A DNA stretch of 64,000 nucleotides from a virus (IMGVR_UViG_3300009614_000107), one strand, 5' to 3'; shown: positions 1 through 8,961, counted from the first letter of the stretch. Notes: a model not told the origin generated them from the sequence alone. A program made the numbers and translations.

Positions 1-303
1 TTACACCAACAGATTGCCCTGACCTTTCTTTGTTAGTTCGAATAGATGAACTACATATGGACCAGCAGGGGTTTCATAGCTGTCTGAGCCTATGTAATAG
101 AGATATGATGGATCGATCTGTATTGGTTGACCAGTTTCAACTAGCCAGAAGTTGCGCTCTTCCTCTGGTTTTTCTATGTCAACAAATGCCCATAGACAGG
201 GTATCTTGTTCTGGAATTTAAATGAAAGAATTTTTGTTCCTTTTGGCATTTTGATTCTTGGGTGATCTGTGTCTGGTAATTGATATTTCCAAATCCTCAA
301 CAT
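1..303 (-). CDS. hypothetical protein (C-terminus runs off window edge)
   Basis: ORF with GGAGG SD 9 nt upstream of ATG at 303; no recognisable motifs. Confidence 0.35.
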   Translation of the reverse strand: MLRIWKYQLPDTDHPRIKMPKGTKILSFKFQNKIPCLWAFVDIEKPEEERNFWLVETGQPIQIDPSYLYYIGSDSYETPAGPYVVHLFELTKKGQGNLLV

Positions 304-599
304 TAGTTTTTCACCTCCTTCAGTTTTTCTAATGTTATAGACTCATAATGTGTTTGAACCAGTGCTAATTTGAATGAGGAATGGAAAGGCTCTAAATAGA
401 AAAGCTGATCAAGACCAAGATTTAAAGTATAAGTTGTCGAGAGTCCACCCATAACATATGTTATTTGTAGACCTATGCACTTTGATACAATCGATGGTCC
501 AGTGTAAACAATTATCCAAAAATTCATTGGGCTAATCTCAAGAATCATTGGATGCCCTAGGTCGAGTGAAACTGTTCCATCATCAACTTTTTTGCTCAC
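303..599 (-). CDS. hypothetical protein
   Basis: ORF in co-directional gene string, overlapping start/stop with neighbours. Confidence 0.35.
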   Translation of the reverse strand: MSKKVDDGTVSLDLGHPMILEISPMNFWIIVYTGPSIVSKCIGLQITYVMGGLSTTYTLNLGLDQLFYLEPFHSSFKLALVQTHYESITLEKLKEVKN

Positions 600-1114
600 T
601 TAAACCACTCCTGTAGATTTTCCTCTTTTGCTTTGCCAACCATTGCTATTCTGTAAACTACATCTGTTGGATTTTTGGGAATAAGTAAACCGTGAATTCT
701 ACACGTGGAGAAGATATTAACTCCATACATCTCTGGTCTAAGCATAAATATATTGTTATTTGGAGTGTGTACAACAATGTATTCTGTATCATCTTTGAGT
801 AGTTTATCTTGGTGTGATTGCCAGAGCCTTGAGTTTCGGCATTGCTTCTCTGTCCAAGTCGGGAACTTCTCCTTCATTTTCTTGGCGTGTGCGCTCAAGT
901 CGAAGGTTCGAATTACAAAATAGTAAGGTGGATCTATTATTGTTGACCATAAAGGAAATTTATCACAGCGTTCACATTGTGGGCATCCATTTGGATTTCC
1001 TTGATATGGTAAGTGACACCACTTTTTGACATATTCACCACCTATGACTCTCTTGAGCATAAGAAGTATGAGGTTGTCGTTCAGGATATTAAAGACTCCA
1101 GGCTCTATAGGCAT
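596..1114 (-). CDS. hypothetical Cys-rich protein with DPPY motif (possible small DNA methyltransferase-like)
   Basis: CPQCERC Zn-binding cluster followed by IIDPPYYF (DPPY = motif IV of N6A/N4C MTases); no motif I seen, so assignment weak. Confidence 0.4.
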   Translation of the reverse strand: MPIEPGVFNILNDNLILLMLKRVIGGEYVKKWCHLPYQGNPNGCPQCERCDKFPLWSTIIDPPYYFVIRTFDLSAHAKKMKEKFPTWTEKQCRNSRLWQSHQDKLLKDDTEYIVVHTPNNNIFMLRPEMYGVNIFSTCRIHGLLIPKNPTDVVYRIAMVGKAKEENLQEWFK

Positions 1115-1456
1115 TTAGATTTCCTTCCAATCATTTGTGTATAATTTTGCACGATACTTACCAACTTTGAAACTTCCAGTGGAAATTGCTATTTGCAAAA
1201 CAAACTGCAAGTCTCTATATATTTCCATCATTCTTGTTTCAACATCATCTGAGTAACCACCATTTTCATCTGGTTCTATTCCAAGTATTCTTCCTATATC
1301 ACCAAACACATATGAGTTACCAAATGGCCGTTTTGGGTCGATTGATGGTGCTCCAAATTCTGTGTCTGTCCAGTCCACATATAGTTCCTTTAGAAGTTTG
1401 ATATGATTTCTTTTGATTTCAAAATATTGATATTTATCGTCCTTAGTTCTTGGCAT
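1115..1456 (-). CDS. hypothetical protein
   Basis: ORF, start overlaps stop of upstream gene. Confidence 0.4.
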   Translation of the reverse strand: MPRTKDDKYQYFEIKRNHIKLLKELYVDWTDTEFGAPSIDPKRPFGNSYVFGDIGRILGIEPDENGGYSDDVETRMMEIYRDLQFVLQIAISTGSFKVGKYRAKLYTNDWKEI

Positions 1457-2022
1457 TATTTATCCCTCTTACCATAATCCTTCTTACAGGGTGCTGGGAC
1501 AACCTTTCCATCTGCTTGAAGCAGGACGTTTTCACATTTTCCACAGTTGTGATCACACTCTTCAAAGAAGTTGTGCGAAACCGAGATTGGGACATCTCTA
1601 ATCATCATATCATCGTATCGTCCAGTTCTAATATATTTGAGTAAATGAACCTTGTCAACCTCATCTGGGATGCAAATCTTTCTGCCTGGAAGAACTAGAA
1701 CATTTGCCTCAACACGAATCTTTGGACAGGTTTGGCGGTTTCTTGAGAGAACTTCAGCATTGTAGATTATGTTTCTAATCATATTTGTATAGAGCCAGAC
1801 GTTCTCTGTTATTGTGTAGCAGAGTTTGAGGATCCTGTAGATATCTGGGTGTGATAATGGCTCACCACCAGAGATATTGATTCTATCTATGTCCTTGTGA
1901 AGGAGAAGGAACTTCTCTATCTCTTCAAATGGAAGCGGTTTGCCCTCTGGTGTTGCAGAGGACGAGCAGACTTCACAATCCTCTTCACAGAATTGTGTGA
2001 TTTCTATTGTTACTTCAACCAA
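1456..2022 (-). CDS. radical SAM protein (small activase/QueE-like)
   Basis: CEEDCEVC (CxxxCxxC) near N-terminus and ISGGEPL motif; TTG start with GGAGG SD. Confidence 0.55.
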   Translation of the reverse strand: MVEVTIEITQFCEEDCEVCSSSATPEGKPLPFEEIEKFLLLHKDIDRINISGGEPLSHPDIYRILKLCYTITENVWLYTNMIRNIIYNAEVLSRNRQTCPKIRVEANVLVLPGRKICIPDEVDKVHLLKYIRTGRYDDMMIRDVPISVSHNFFEECDHNCGKCENVLLQADGKVVPAPCKKDYGKRDK

Positions 2023-2242
2023 CTAACTTTTCCTCCTTCTTTAATTCTCTTAATGAAACTTGACCAGCTATTCTCCATCTTTTTGCTGTTTTTGCATTGT
2101 TGAGAGCGTGTCCACAGATTGGACACCCACCTCTACCGTGTGGTACATAAGTCTGGGAAAGCATTACTGTAATAATATCACCAGATTTTACAACTCTAAT
2201 CCGTGGAGAAAATTGAGTACCCATATTAAGGCATCCTCTCAA
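2015..2242 (-). CDS. hypothetical small protein with CPICGH motif
   Basis: ORF; short. Confidence 0.3.
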   Translation of the reverse strand: MRGCLNMGTQFSPRIRVVKSGDIITVMLSQTYVPHGRGGCPICGHALNNAKTAKRWRIAGQVSLRELKKEEKLVG

Positions 2243-2675
2243 CTGTGACTGTCTCGTCCACCCAATTTACAGCCCATAATTTGTATGTTACTCCAGCAGC
2301 ATTGAATGTTTGGTGTAATACTGGATATATAGTTAATGTCTCTATGTCATTACCAAGAACAAAGTAAACAGTAAAAATTACCTGTTGTGAATATGTATGG
2401 TTTATTCCAGAAAGTACTAAAGTTGGATATCTTGTATAATAATTATTTAATATCATATCTCCAGTGTGCATCACTATTGCATCAGATGGTATGGTTTCTG
2501 TATCTGCTGATACAACAGGTGTTGGTTTTTGTGGTGTATTACCCATAATACCAACAGCAAATATGCCAAAGACTAATACACAGATTACTAAACCAAATAT
2601 AAAATCTCTTACGGAGAGATTTCTTTCCTTTCTTGGTTTTTTATTTTTTGGCTTATCATCATCAATATGTATCAA
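2226..2675 (-). CDS. membrane-anchored hypothetical protein
   Basis: basic N-terminus followed by one hydrophobic helix. Confidence 0.45.
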   Translation of the reverse strand: MIHIDDDKPKNKKPRKERNLSVRDFIFGLVICVLVFGIFAVGIMGNTPQKPTPVVSADTETIPSDAIVMHTGDMILNNYYTRYPTLVLSGINHTYSQQVIFTVYFVLGNDIETLTIYPVLHQTFNAAGVTYKLWAVNWVDETVTVERMP

Positions 2676-3094
2676 GATACTCTCACCTTACCGTGCTTTG
2701 GTGGTCTTGTCCAGTTGAATTTCATTTTCTTAATCATTTCATATTCTAAATCAATATGAAGATCTTCTGCTGTTTGGAACAGACGGAGTGCAAGATCGGC
2801 TAAATCCTCACCAAGATGTTCGTTATCTCTCCATTTCTCAAAATCTTCTGAGACTTCAGAATGGAGATAACAAAGAGCTAGAGGAACCTGATCGTTTCCT
2901 TTGAGCCAGTGACCTAACTTAGCGTGTGTGTATTTCTGGGCTTCTCTTTGCCAACCACGAATTGAAAATCCAGTGTAATGTTTTTCAAACCACTGGTTGT
3001 ACGCTTCTATATGACAGGATGGACAAGGACAAAGCTGCTCACCAGATTCTGGATTATATAGGTAGTTTCTATCAGCACAAAGTAGACAGGTCAA
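2672..3094 (-). CDS. Cys-rich hypothetical protein
   Basis: CLLCADR...CPCPSC Zn-finger-like. Confidence 0.45.
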   Translation of the reverse strand: MTCLLCADRNYLYNPESGEQLCPCPSCHIEAYNQWFEKHYTGFSIRGWQREAQKYTHAKLGHWLKGNDQVPLALCYLHSEVSEDFEKWRDNEHLGEDLADLALRLFQTAEDLHIDLEYEMIKKMKFNWTRPPKHGKVRVS

Positions 3095-3327
3095 TCAATA
3101 CCACCTCTGAAACAGATTGCCTGTTCATTTAAATTAATAAGATCTCGAAGTGATAATGGAAGTAAATGGAATGGAAGTGTGGTTATAACTATAACTTTTT
3201 TGACCTTGAGTTTTTTCATCAGTTCTTGATAGTTCACTGGAACAGACATTCTTTCTGGAAGTAAATCTGCCGTATCGAGCAGAAGCGCATACTCACCTTT
3301 GTATTTGATTTTATCCAAACAAAGCAC
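3091..3327 (-). CDS. hypothetical protein
   Basis: ORF in gene string. Confidence 0.35.
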   Translation of the reverse strand: MLCLDKIKYKGEYALLLDTADLLPERMSVPVNYQELMKKLKVKKVIVITTLPFHLLPLSLRDLINLNEQAICFRGGID

Positions 3328-3658
3328 CTCTCATTACGAGAATATTTACATATGCACAGTGGTATCTACCAAAGGCATAAATTAATGGACTAAGGAAAAA
3401 AAGATATTTATATTTGAGATCAAGTCGCATAAATACCCAGCACATAAAGATAATTGAGCCTGTGCAAGCAAACTCAAGGAGCATCCAAGTTCCATTCTGC
3501 ATACCTATTAGCACCAATGGATTCATCTCATAAGTTCCTTGTATTTGCAAACCAAAATGGGTTGTTAGAATGTCAGCCAATGCACCAAGGATAACTACTG
3601 AATAGACAACTATCTCTGAAGTAGTAATTTGCTTTTCATTCTTGGCAAATCTTATCAA
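3311..3658 (-). CDS. polytopic membrane protein
   Basis: 3-4 hydrophobic segments. Confidence 0.45.
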   Translation of the reverse strand: MIRFAKNEKQITTSEIVVYSVVILGALADILTTHFGLQIQGTYEMNPLVLIGMQNGTWMLLEFACTGSIIFMCWVFMRLDLKYKYLFFLSPLIYAFGRYHCAYVNILVMRGALFG

Positions 3659-3840
3659 AGTTCATCTACCTTCAATGGGATTTGTTTTCGCTCCATTGGA
3701 TGTAGGAGATTGATATGATTTTCCCTGAGATAGTGGGATGGAAAAACTTTCGTACAAAAAGGACATTTGTATTCCGTTTTGAATTCAAACTTTTCGCCTG
3801 GAATTACGGACACAAAATGTTCCTCCTCTCGTTTACTCAT
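3655..3840 (-). CDS. C2H2 zinc-finger protein
   Basis: YKCPFCTKVFPSHYLRENHINLLH = C-x2-C-x12-H-x4-H. Confidence 0.5.
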   Translation of the reverse strand: MSKREEEHFVSVIPGEKFEFKTEYKCPFCTKVFPSHYLRENHINLLHPMERKQIPLKVDEL

Positions 3841-4343
3841 TTAGACTTGTCCTCTTTTAACTTCTTGATTGATTCTGAAAAAATCTTGGCTTGCTCTTTA
3901 TGCCTAGTCCAAGACGGTGAATATTTTACAGTTCCATCCTTATCTTGAAGGAATTGACATCCACACTTTTTACACTCTCTCCAATATGGCATAACTGCAC
4001 CAATTATTGGATCATATGGATGTTGCTTGTTGTACGCTCGATTCATCTGATTCATCGTTGGATCTTCCCAATCGATATCGTCTGAGTCACAATTTGGACA
4101 CTTCAACTTTTTTTCCAGCCTCTTGACCACTGGCTTATTAGCATTCGGAGTTAAATTCTTTCCGCACCGCTTACACTCCAAGATGTCTGCTCCTTGATGA
4201 CCTGGAGCCCAAAAAGTATGCACCCATTGGCTCTCCCTATGTGAGCAAGTATCTTGCATTTCTTTTATCTCTAGATCACGCTGTGTTTCTATTGGCTTGA
4301 TCATTTCTTGGTACTTGTTCCATATTCTAGTATATTCAGACAT
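3837..4343 (-). CDS. multi-zinc-ribbon protein
   Basis: CxxC pairs: CKRCGK, CPNCDSD, CKKCGC. Confidence 0.5.
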   Translation of the reverse strand: MSEYTRIWNKYQEMIKPIETQRDLEIKEMQDTCSHRESQWVHTFWAPGHQGADILECKRCGKNLTPNANKPVVKRLEKKLKCPNCDSDDIDWEDPTMNQMNRAYNKQHPYDPIIGAVMPYWRECKKCGCQFLQDKDGTVKYSPSWTRHKEQAKIFSESIKKLKEDKSK

Positions 4344-4539
4344 TTTTCATCGGTTCCCTTTCTATATGGTTGCACTTTGGGCATACCCAAGCGTGTTCTC
4401 CAGAGGCTCTGAAATTTCCAAGTCCTTTTTGAATAGTGTCTAAGATGTAATTCATTTTATGACCACAATTCTTACACTCTCTTTCAGGGAAATGGAATGC
4501 TCCACAACGACCAACAGATGCCATTTTCAAATACACCAA
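4336..4539 (-). CDS. zinc-ribbon protein
   Basis: CKNCGH...CPKCNH. Confidence 0.45.
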   Translation of the reverse strand: MVYLKMASVGRCGAFHFPERECKNCGHKMNYILDTIQKGLGNFRASGEHAWVCPKCNHIEREPMKNV

Positions 4540-4574
4540 TTCGGGTTTTTCTAATTATTAAGGTACAGTTTATA

Positions 4575-4586
4575 TTTATAAATATT
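4575..4586. promoter_or_regulatory. TTTATAAATATT promoter-like element (BRE/TATA)
   Basis: exact 12-mer about 45 nt downstream of the stop of gene 4585..5001, i.e. a terminator-proximal copy that would serve gene 4336..4539. Confidence 0.5.
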
Positions 4587-5001
4587 ATGAAATACTATTA
4601 TTAATTATCTTCCTGAGTTCATCTGCCTCTTTGGTGTAACCTTCTTTTTCACATATCTTGGCCACAGCATCATAGAGGGGAATATCCCTTGGCATTAATT
4701 TGAAGGAATATGGGTTTGCACTTGTTTGTACTTCAAAATTGGCTCGGAAGTATGGACTTTTAACATAGATTAGACCGACTATGATACAGGTTACTGGACC
4801 GATTGCAAATCCTATTGTTAGAAAAATTGGGAAATTGGGGAATATTATTTTTAATGCTGGTATGTTCACAATATCAAGATAAAATGCAACAGAGGCATAG
4901 TTGAAGAGTGTTAGAGGGAGAGCAACGAGAGCATATCCCTGGGTGAATAGAAAAAGCCAGTTGTGTCTAGTTTGTTTTAGCTGATCTATATTTTGCGTCA
5001 A
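4585..5001 (-). CDS. membrane protein
   Basis: multiple hydrophobic helices. Confidence 0.45.
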   Translation of the reverse strand: MTQNIDQLKQTRHNWLFLFTQGYALVALPLTLFNYASVAFYLDIVNIPALKIIFPNFPIFLTIGFAIGPVTCIIVGLIYVKSPYFRANFEVQTSANPYSFKLMPRDIPLYDAVAKICEKEGYTKEADELRKIINNSIS

Positions 5002-5233
5002 ACTGTTTCATCCTTTCTTCTATTGCTTTTGTTTTCGCTATTTGTTTCTGTAATACATTATCTCTTAGGTTGTCAAGAATATCTATTAACTCAGTATCGG
5101 TTGGGCCATCATATGGTTGCCATACTTCACCATAGTTTAGATTAACATCAAGCACAAGAGGCTTTAGTTTTTCCTCTAGCCGTTCCCTCATCTCAGATGG
5201 ATAATCAATCACAAGAACAAGTGTTTTGTTCAA
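4967..5233 (-). CDS. hypothetical protein
   Basis: ORF. Confidence 0.4.
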   Translation of the reverse strand: MNKTLVLVIDYPSEMRERLEEKLKPLVLDVNLNYGEVWQPYDGPTDTELIDILDNLRDNVLQKQIAKTKAIEERMKQFDAKYRSAKTN

Positions 5234-5236
5234 GTT

Positions 5237-5692
5237 TTACAGCTTCCAGAATGGCATATGCTTCGTTTCTTCCCTTTTAGGAGTTACCTTCTCAGGGGCA
5301 TTGGAGTTGTCTTGAACTGGAAAAGTAGATTGTTCCTGTTTCTCAGGCTCTTTTTCCTCTTCTTTATCTTCCTCTTTATCCTCTTCTGTTTCTTCTTCCT
5401 CTTCTGGCTCTTCAAATTGTACCTCAACTATGAACCCTGAATCAAACACAAACATAATGTCCTCCTCATCATCATCCATAGTTGTCAAAATTGCAGCATT
5501 AAAGAGTCCAGATAGTATGCCTAGGGAAGAATTAAATGAACCGCCTGAGTTTTCTAGTTGTTTTGCAACTTCTTCATATTTTCCAATATATTTAATTGAG
5601 ATATCTGTATCACTATAATCAAATCGGTTGATTTTTTCTGAATCAGTAAATCTTATGCCTTTCATATAAACAGTGAGTGTCATATTTACCAC
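5237..5692 (-). CDS. acidic Glu-rich hypothetical protein
   Basis: EEPEEEEETEEDKEEDKEEEKEPEKQE low-complexity tract. Confidence 0.45.
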   Translation of the reverse strand: MVNMTLTVYMKGIRFTDSEKINRFDYSDTDISIKYIGKYEEVAKQLENSGGSFNSSLGILSGLFNAAILTTMDDDEEDIMFVFDSGFIVEVQFEEPEEEEETEEDKEEDKEEEKEPEKQEQSTFPVQDNSNAPEKVTPKREETKHMPFWKL

Positions 5693-6021
5693 TCTGGTTT
5701 GGTTGTATAACTCTTAGAGGCATCGTGCCTGTGATTCTTGAACTTATTTTCAAGGTTGGTTAGAGTGCCATCCAACTCATTTAGTTCGGTTGCAAACAAT
5801 GGACCAAACCAATCTCGATGAACAAGCCCTAGCCTGTCAGCTATCACACCTCTCAGGACATCGTATCTTACCATATCCTTTATTATTTCACCATCCATAG
5901 TCTTATCAAACTCTTCAAAAAGTTTGAGTGTTGGAAGGTTCCAAACTTGATTGTACACAGTTCGTTCATCTTCATTCATATTTGAAGTGAAGAATGGGAA
6001 CTCATAATCTGGTTTTGACAT
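5686..6021 (-). CDS. hypothetical protein
   Basis: ORF. Confidence 0.45.
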   Translation of the reverse strand: MSKPDYEFPFFTSNMNEDERTVYNQVWNLPTLKLFEEFDKTMDGEIIKDMVRYDVLRGVIADRLGLVHRDWFGPLFATELNELDGTLTNLENKFKNHRHDASKSYTTKPEW

Positions 6022-6092
6022 TTAGATTACCTTGGATTCCGCTTAGGCGGTGACTCCAGTGAATGTAATCAGTCAAATCTTTATAAATATTA

Positions 6093-6374
6093 TTATTTAA
6101 TTTCAAGTTCCTTGATTTTTTGTATAGCATTATCCATCTGTTTGATAGTGAATTCTAAGCGCATTCTGTATCCTGCTGCTTCTAATGGTAGACCACCAGC
6201 CATAAGAGTAAGACCAAATAACCTGTTTTGGGATTTTAGTGGTTTTATGAACTTCTCGTCCAGTTCATTTAGAACGATTTCTTGTTTCTTTACTTGATTT
6301 AGATAATGAACGTATAATGTCTTTGTATTTTCGAGTTGGGTCACGATTAGATCTCTATCTTCCTTAGTAACCAT
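6093..6374 (-). CDS. hypothetical coiled-coil protein
   Basis: ORF flanked by TTTATAAATATT elements at 6080 and 6404. Confidence 0.4.
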   Translation of the reverse strand: MVTKEDRDLIVTQLENTKTLYVHYLNQVKKQEIVLNELDEKFIKPLKSQNRLFGLTLMAGGLPLEAAGYRMRLEFTIKQMDNAIQKIKELEIK

Positions 6375-6403
6375 TGTAGTCTACCTGATAAAGGAACATA
6401 GAA

Positions 6404-6415
6404 TTTATAAATATT
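6404..6415. promoter_or_regulatory. TTTATAAATATT promoter-like element
   Basis: exact 12-mer about 30 nt upstream of minus-strand gene start 6374. Confidence 0.55.
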
Positions 6416-6446
6416 TGGAAATTATATGACATTTCTCTGGAGTAGA

Positions 6447-6788
6447 TTACTTCCGTAAATTGGTGATTTCTTGTGCCTTGCATCTACAGAGTAGACAACG
6501 TGTCATTAGTTCTACTCCATTTTTCTCAACATCAACTTTGCCAGCAATGAGTTTTAGTTTATAGGAATTGGAAATCGGTGTGTTGTGATTCATTCCACGT
6601 GCAAGCATTTCCTTGACTATCTCATCGTGACGTGTGCGGATATGGTGAACTTCAACCAAACCATTTTGGATATATCCTTCAATGCTCTTTCCTTTCTCGA
6701 TGCAACCAACAAACATATGGAGTTCGAGATGTTCACCAAGAAGGTGCTTGTCACACATCATCTGGGGTGGGATCATCCACATTCTCAT
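6447..6788 (-). CDS. denV: pyrimidine-dimer DNA glycosylase (T4 endonuclease V / DenV family)
   Basis: CDKHLLGEHLELHMFVG and GLVEVHHIRTRHDEIVKEMLARGMN align with T4 DenV DQHLMAEYRELPRVFG / [32 protein letters not shown]. Confidence 0.65.
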   Translation of the reverse strand: MRMWMIPPQMMCDKHLLGEHLELHMFVGCIEKGKSIEGYIQNGLVEVHHIRTRHDEIVKEMLARGMNHNTPISNSYKLKLIAGKVDVEKNGVELMTRCLLCRCKAQEITNLRK

Positions 6789-6828
6789 ATGATGAAAAAG
6801 AGGCTGAGTGAACTTATAAATAATTGGG

Positions 6829-7032
6829 TTACTCGATTACGTTTCCATATCTGTCTCTTTTCTTCAATCTCCAAATATAGAGTTCGTGATGCTTGCCATA
6901 TGGGGTTTCAGTGCTTATAATATGAGTTTGCCATTCTGGGTGCTTCTTTTTTATCTTTGTGGCCACTTGCTTGGCACTGCTGAGAGTCTTGTACCAGGCA
7001 TAGTACTTGTATTTATTGAAAAACCCAACCAT
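6829..7032 (-). CDS. small basic protein (tandem paralog family)
   Basis: 67 aa, K/R-rich; shares W/Y-x-T..S.AK..A..IKKK..YIW motif with neighbours. Confidence 0.45.
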   Translation of the reverse strand: MVGFFNKYKYYAWYKTLSSAKQVATKIKKKHPEWQTHIISTETPYGKHHELYIWRLKKRDRYGNVIE

Positions 7033-7236
7033 TTACTTCACCCATTTATGCTTGATTCTTCCGAGCTCACCTAGATGGATGCGTTCTGCACTGATTATGC
7101 GACCAATGGTCATTGCTTCTTCAGAATAACCACCTTTTTCTAGGTTGGCTTGGAATTTCTTATAGTCTGCTATAACTTGTTTCTCCGAAACACGTATAGC
7201 ATGTTCGAGTTGTTTTCTTAGAGTTGCATTCACCAT
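7033..7236 (-). CDS. small hypothetical protein (paralog of 7238..7447)
   Basis: 67 aa; ...EE..HLGELGRIKHKW vs ...EEVHRRELAEIKRKW. Confidence 0.45.
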   Translation of the reverse strand: MVNATLRKQLEHAIRVSEKQVIADYKKFQANLEKGGYSEEAMTIGRIISAERIHLGELGRIKHKWVK

Positions 7237-7237
7237 A

Positions 7238-7447
7238 TTACTTCATCCTCATCCATTTTCTCTTGATCTCTGCAAGTTCTCTACGATGAACTTCCTCTTC
7301 TCGTCTGATTTCAATGATTTTACGTGCTTCTTCCACTCTGCCATTTGCCAAAAGATGAGTATAGAATTTGTTATAGCCACGTATGGCCACAATCTCACCA
7401 CGATCATTGCTGGCAAGTTCCCTAAACTCTGATTTACTAGGTTTCAT
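7238..7447 (-). CDS. small hypothetical protein (paralog of 7033..7236)
   Basis: 69 aa. Confidence 0.45.
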   Translation of the reverse strand: MKPSKSEFRELASNDRGEIVAIRGYNKFYTHLLANGRVEEARKIIEIRREEEVHRRELAEIKRKWMRMK

Positions 7448-7608
7448 TTCAATCTCTCCCCACAGAATGGACAGTGAAGTCCACCGTTTGGAACGTATTT
7501 GTAGACATAACTACCCTTTTTGAAGAGATGTTTGTTCTTACAAACTTTATCCTTTCTAATCTGAATACGTGTTCTTGGTGAACCTTCATCATACTTGAGT
7601 CTCTTCAT
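7444..7608 (-). CDS. small zinc-ribbon protein (54 aa, below ORF-track cutoff)
   Basis: ATG at 7606-7608 with GGAG 8 nt upstream; CKNKH...CPFCG; stop overlaps next start (ATGA). Confidence 0.4.
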   Translation of the reverse strand: MKRLKYDEGSPRTRIQIRKDKVCKNKHLFKKGSYVYKYVPNGGLHCPFCGERLK

Positions 7609-7631
7609 TTTTACATCTCCTAATTTATCAT

Positions 7632-7904
7632 TTAATTGCCTCTAGTATTATGGAAGCCTTTTGCTCCTTTTTTCCTCATCCTTATCCTGTCAAGACGAAG
7701 CACTTCATTTGCATATTGAAGTGGGCCATCGTAGGTGAGATACCAGAAGTGTTTGCTTGGAGTCATTGACCACTCGATAGATGCCTGACCGTGTGGTGTC
7801 TTGTAGTATGAAGCATAATTTGTGTGCTTGTCCTGGTAGGGATCGTTGACGGTTTCCTTTTCTTGACGGACATACTTTACTTTTGGATTTGTCATATTTA
7901 TCAC
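7632..7904 (-). CDS. small basic hypothetical protein
   Basis: 90 aa ORF in array. Confidence 0.4.
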   Translation of the reverse strand: MINMTNPKVKYVRQEKETVNDPYQDKHTNYASYYKTPHGQASIEWSMTPSKHFWYLTYDGPLQYANEVLRLDRIRMRKKGAKGFHNTRGN

Positions 7905-8107
7905 AGTTTTAGGAACGCTTCTATCATTGCTCTGCTAAATCCTTCCTTTTTAGCATTGATAGCAAAGACTTCTTTCTTGTCAAGACGCTTTGGAACAGTG
8001 CCACCATATATTGAGGTTGGATAACTGTTTTGCCAAACTCTCTGCATACGATCTGCTTTTGTCTTTCCATATTTCTTTACGAAACGCTGTTCATCATCAA
8101 AACCCAT
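7901..8107 (-). CDS. small basic hypothetical protein
   Basis: 68 aa. Confidence 0.4.
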   Translation of the reverse strand: MGFDDEQRFVKKYGKTKADRMQRVWQNSYPTSIYGGTVPKRLDKKEVFAINAKKEGFSRAMIEAFLKL

Positions 8108-8118
8108 TTCATTTCCAC

Positions 8119-8340
8119 CTACATAGTATATCTGCTTTGATTCCAGAATAGCTTTTTAATACTCTTCTGGGGTCTGAGTTTATCTTTTGGAACCCTGACA
8201 ACGTACAGCCCATTTGGTAATTGGTAGATGGTGTGTTTCCACTCTTTGGAAACTCTCTTAGATACTTCAATTGAGAGTGTGGCTAACCACTTACTTTTAT
8301 CACGAACAATCGCTTCTTGACTTATTTTTCGTATGGTCAT
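8119..8340 (-). CDS. small basic hypothetical protein
   Basis: 73 aa. Confidence 0.4.
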   Translation of the reverse strand: MTIRKISQEAIVRDKSKWLATLSIEVSKRVSKEWKHTIYQLPNGLYVVRVPKDKLRPQKSIKKLFWNQSRYTM

Positions 8341-8492
8341 TTGCTTTTCCTCCTAACTTTTCTAACTACTCCGAACTTGATATCTAAATCAGAAATCCTG
8401 TATAGTGATGCAGGATATTCTTTATGTAAAAATTCCAATGCTTGTTTATAGTTTTTTGCCATAACTCTGACAGATTGGTAAGTTGTCATTTT

Positions 8493-8693
8493 TTATTTTC
8501 TCCTATATTCTTTCTGGTATTCTTTACGTAGACGCTTGTCTATGTATGTGTAAGTCTTGCCACAGTATGGACAACCAACTTTGCAGAAGCCACTTGCAGA
8601 CATTTCACTCCAGCCCTCATCGGGTTTAAGGTGTCTATGGCAGTACGGACAAGTGCCTGTCTTGTTCTCTGAAACCCTTTTCATTACCATTTT
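8493..8693 (-). CDS. small zinc-ribbon protein
   Basis: CPYCHRH...CKVGCPYCGK; start trimmed to internal Met (MVMKR) abutting upstream stop. Confidence 0.4.
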   Translation of the reverse strand, partial: KMVMKRVSENKTGTCPYCHRHLKPDEGWSEMSASGFCKVGCPYCGKTYTYIDKRLRKEYQKEYRRK

Positions 8694-8961
8694 ACTTCCA
8701 GTTCCCCTTTTTGTACCAGCTTGGATATGAGTGCTTATTCTTATACTGTACAAGGTAATGCTTTGGATCGTATTTTGGTCTTGAGTGAGATATACTTACT
8801 CTTAACATATCGCCCCTGTGTTTTGCATTGTCAGCAACTATCTTAGCTTCTTCATATGTTTCGGCTGTGAACACTAACTTGTTTGCCTTTCCCTGGGCTT
8901 TACCCCATCCAGACAAAAATTTGTCTGTCATTGTGACCCAATACTTGTAAGTTGTGACCAT
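8692..8961 (-). CDS. small basic protein (paralog family)
   Basis: FTAETYEEAKIVADNAKHRGDMLRVSISH...YLVQYKNK family motif; SD GGAGAGCGAAAAAGTAAATG. Confidence 0.45.
   Translation of the reverse strand: MVTTYKYWVTMTDKFLSGWGKAQGKANKLVFTAETYEEAKIVADNAKHRGDMLRVSISHSRPKYDPKHYLVQYKNKHSYPSWYKKGNWK

Noticed and set aside
596-1114. Calling this ORF a DNA methyltransferase
   Set aside because: Only a DPPY tetrapeptide and a Zn cluster support it; no SAM-binding motif I identified, so kept as hypothetical with a note.
5300-5420. cttcctc/ttcttc-rich repeat tract
   Set aside because: In-frame Glu-rich low-complexity coding region of 5237..5692, not a non-coding repeat.
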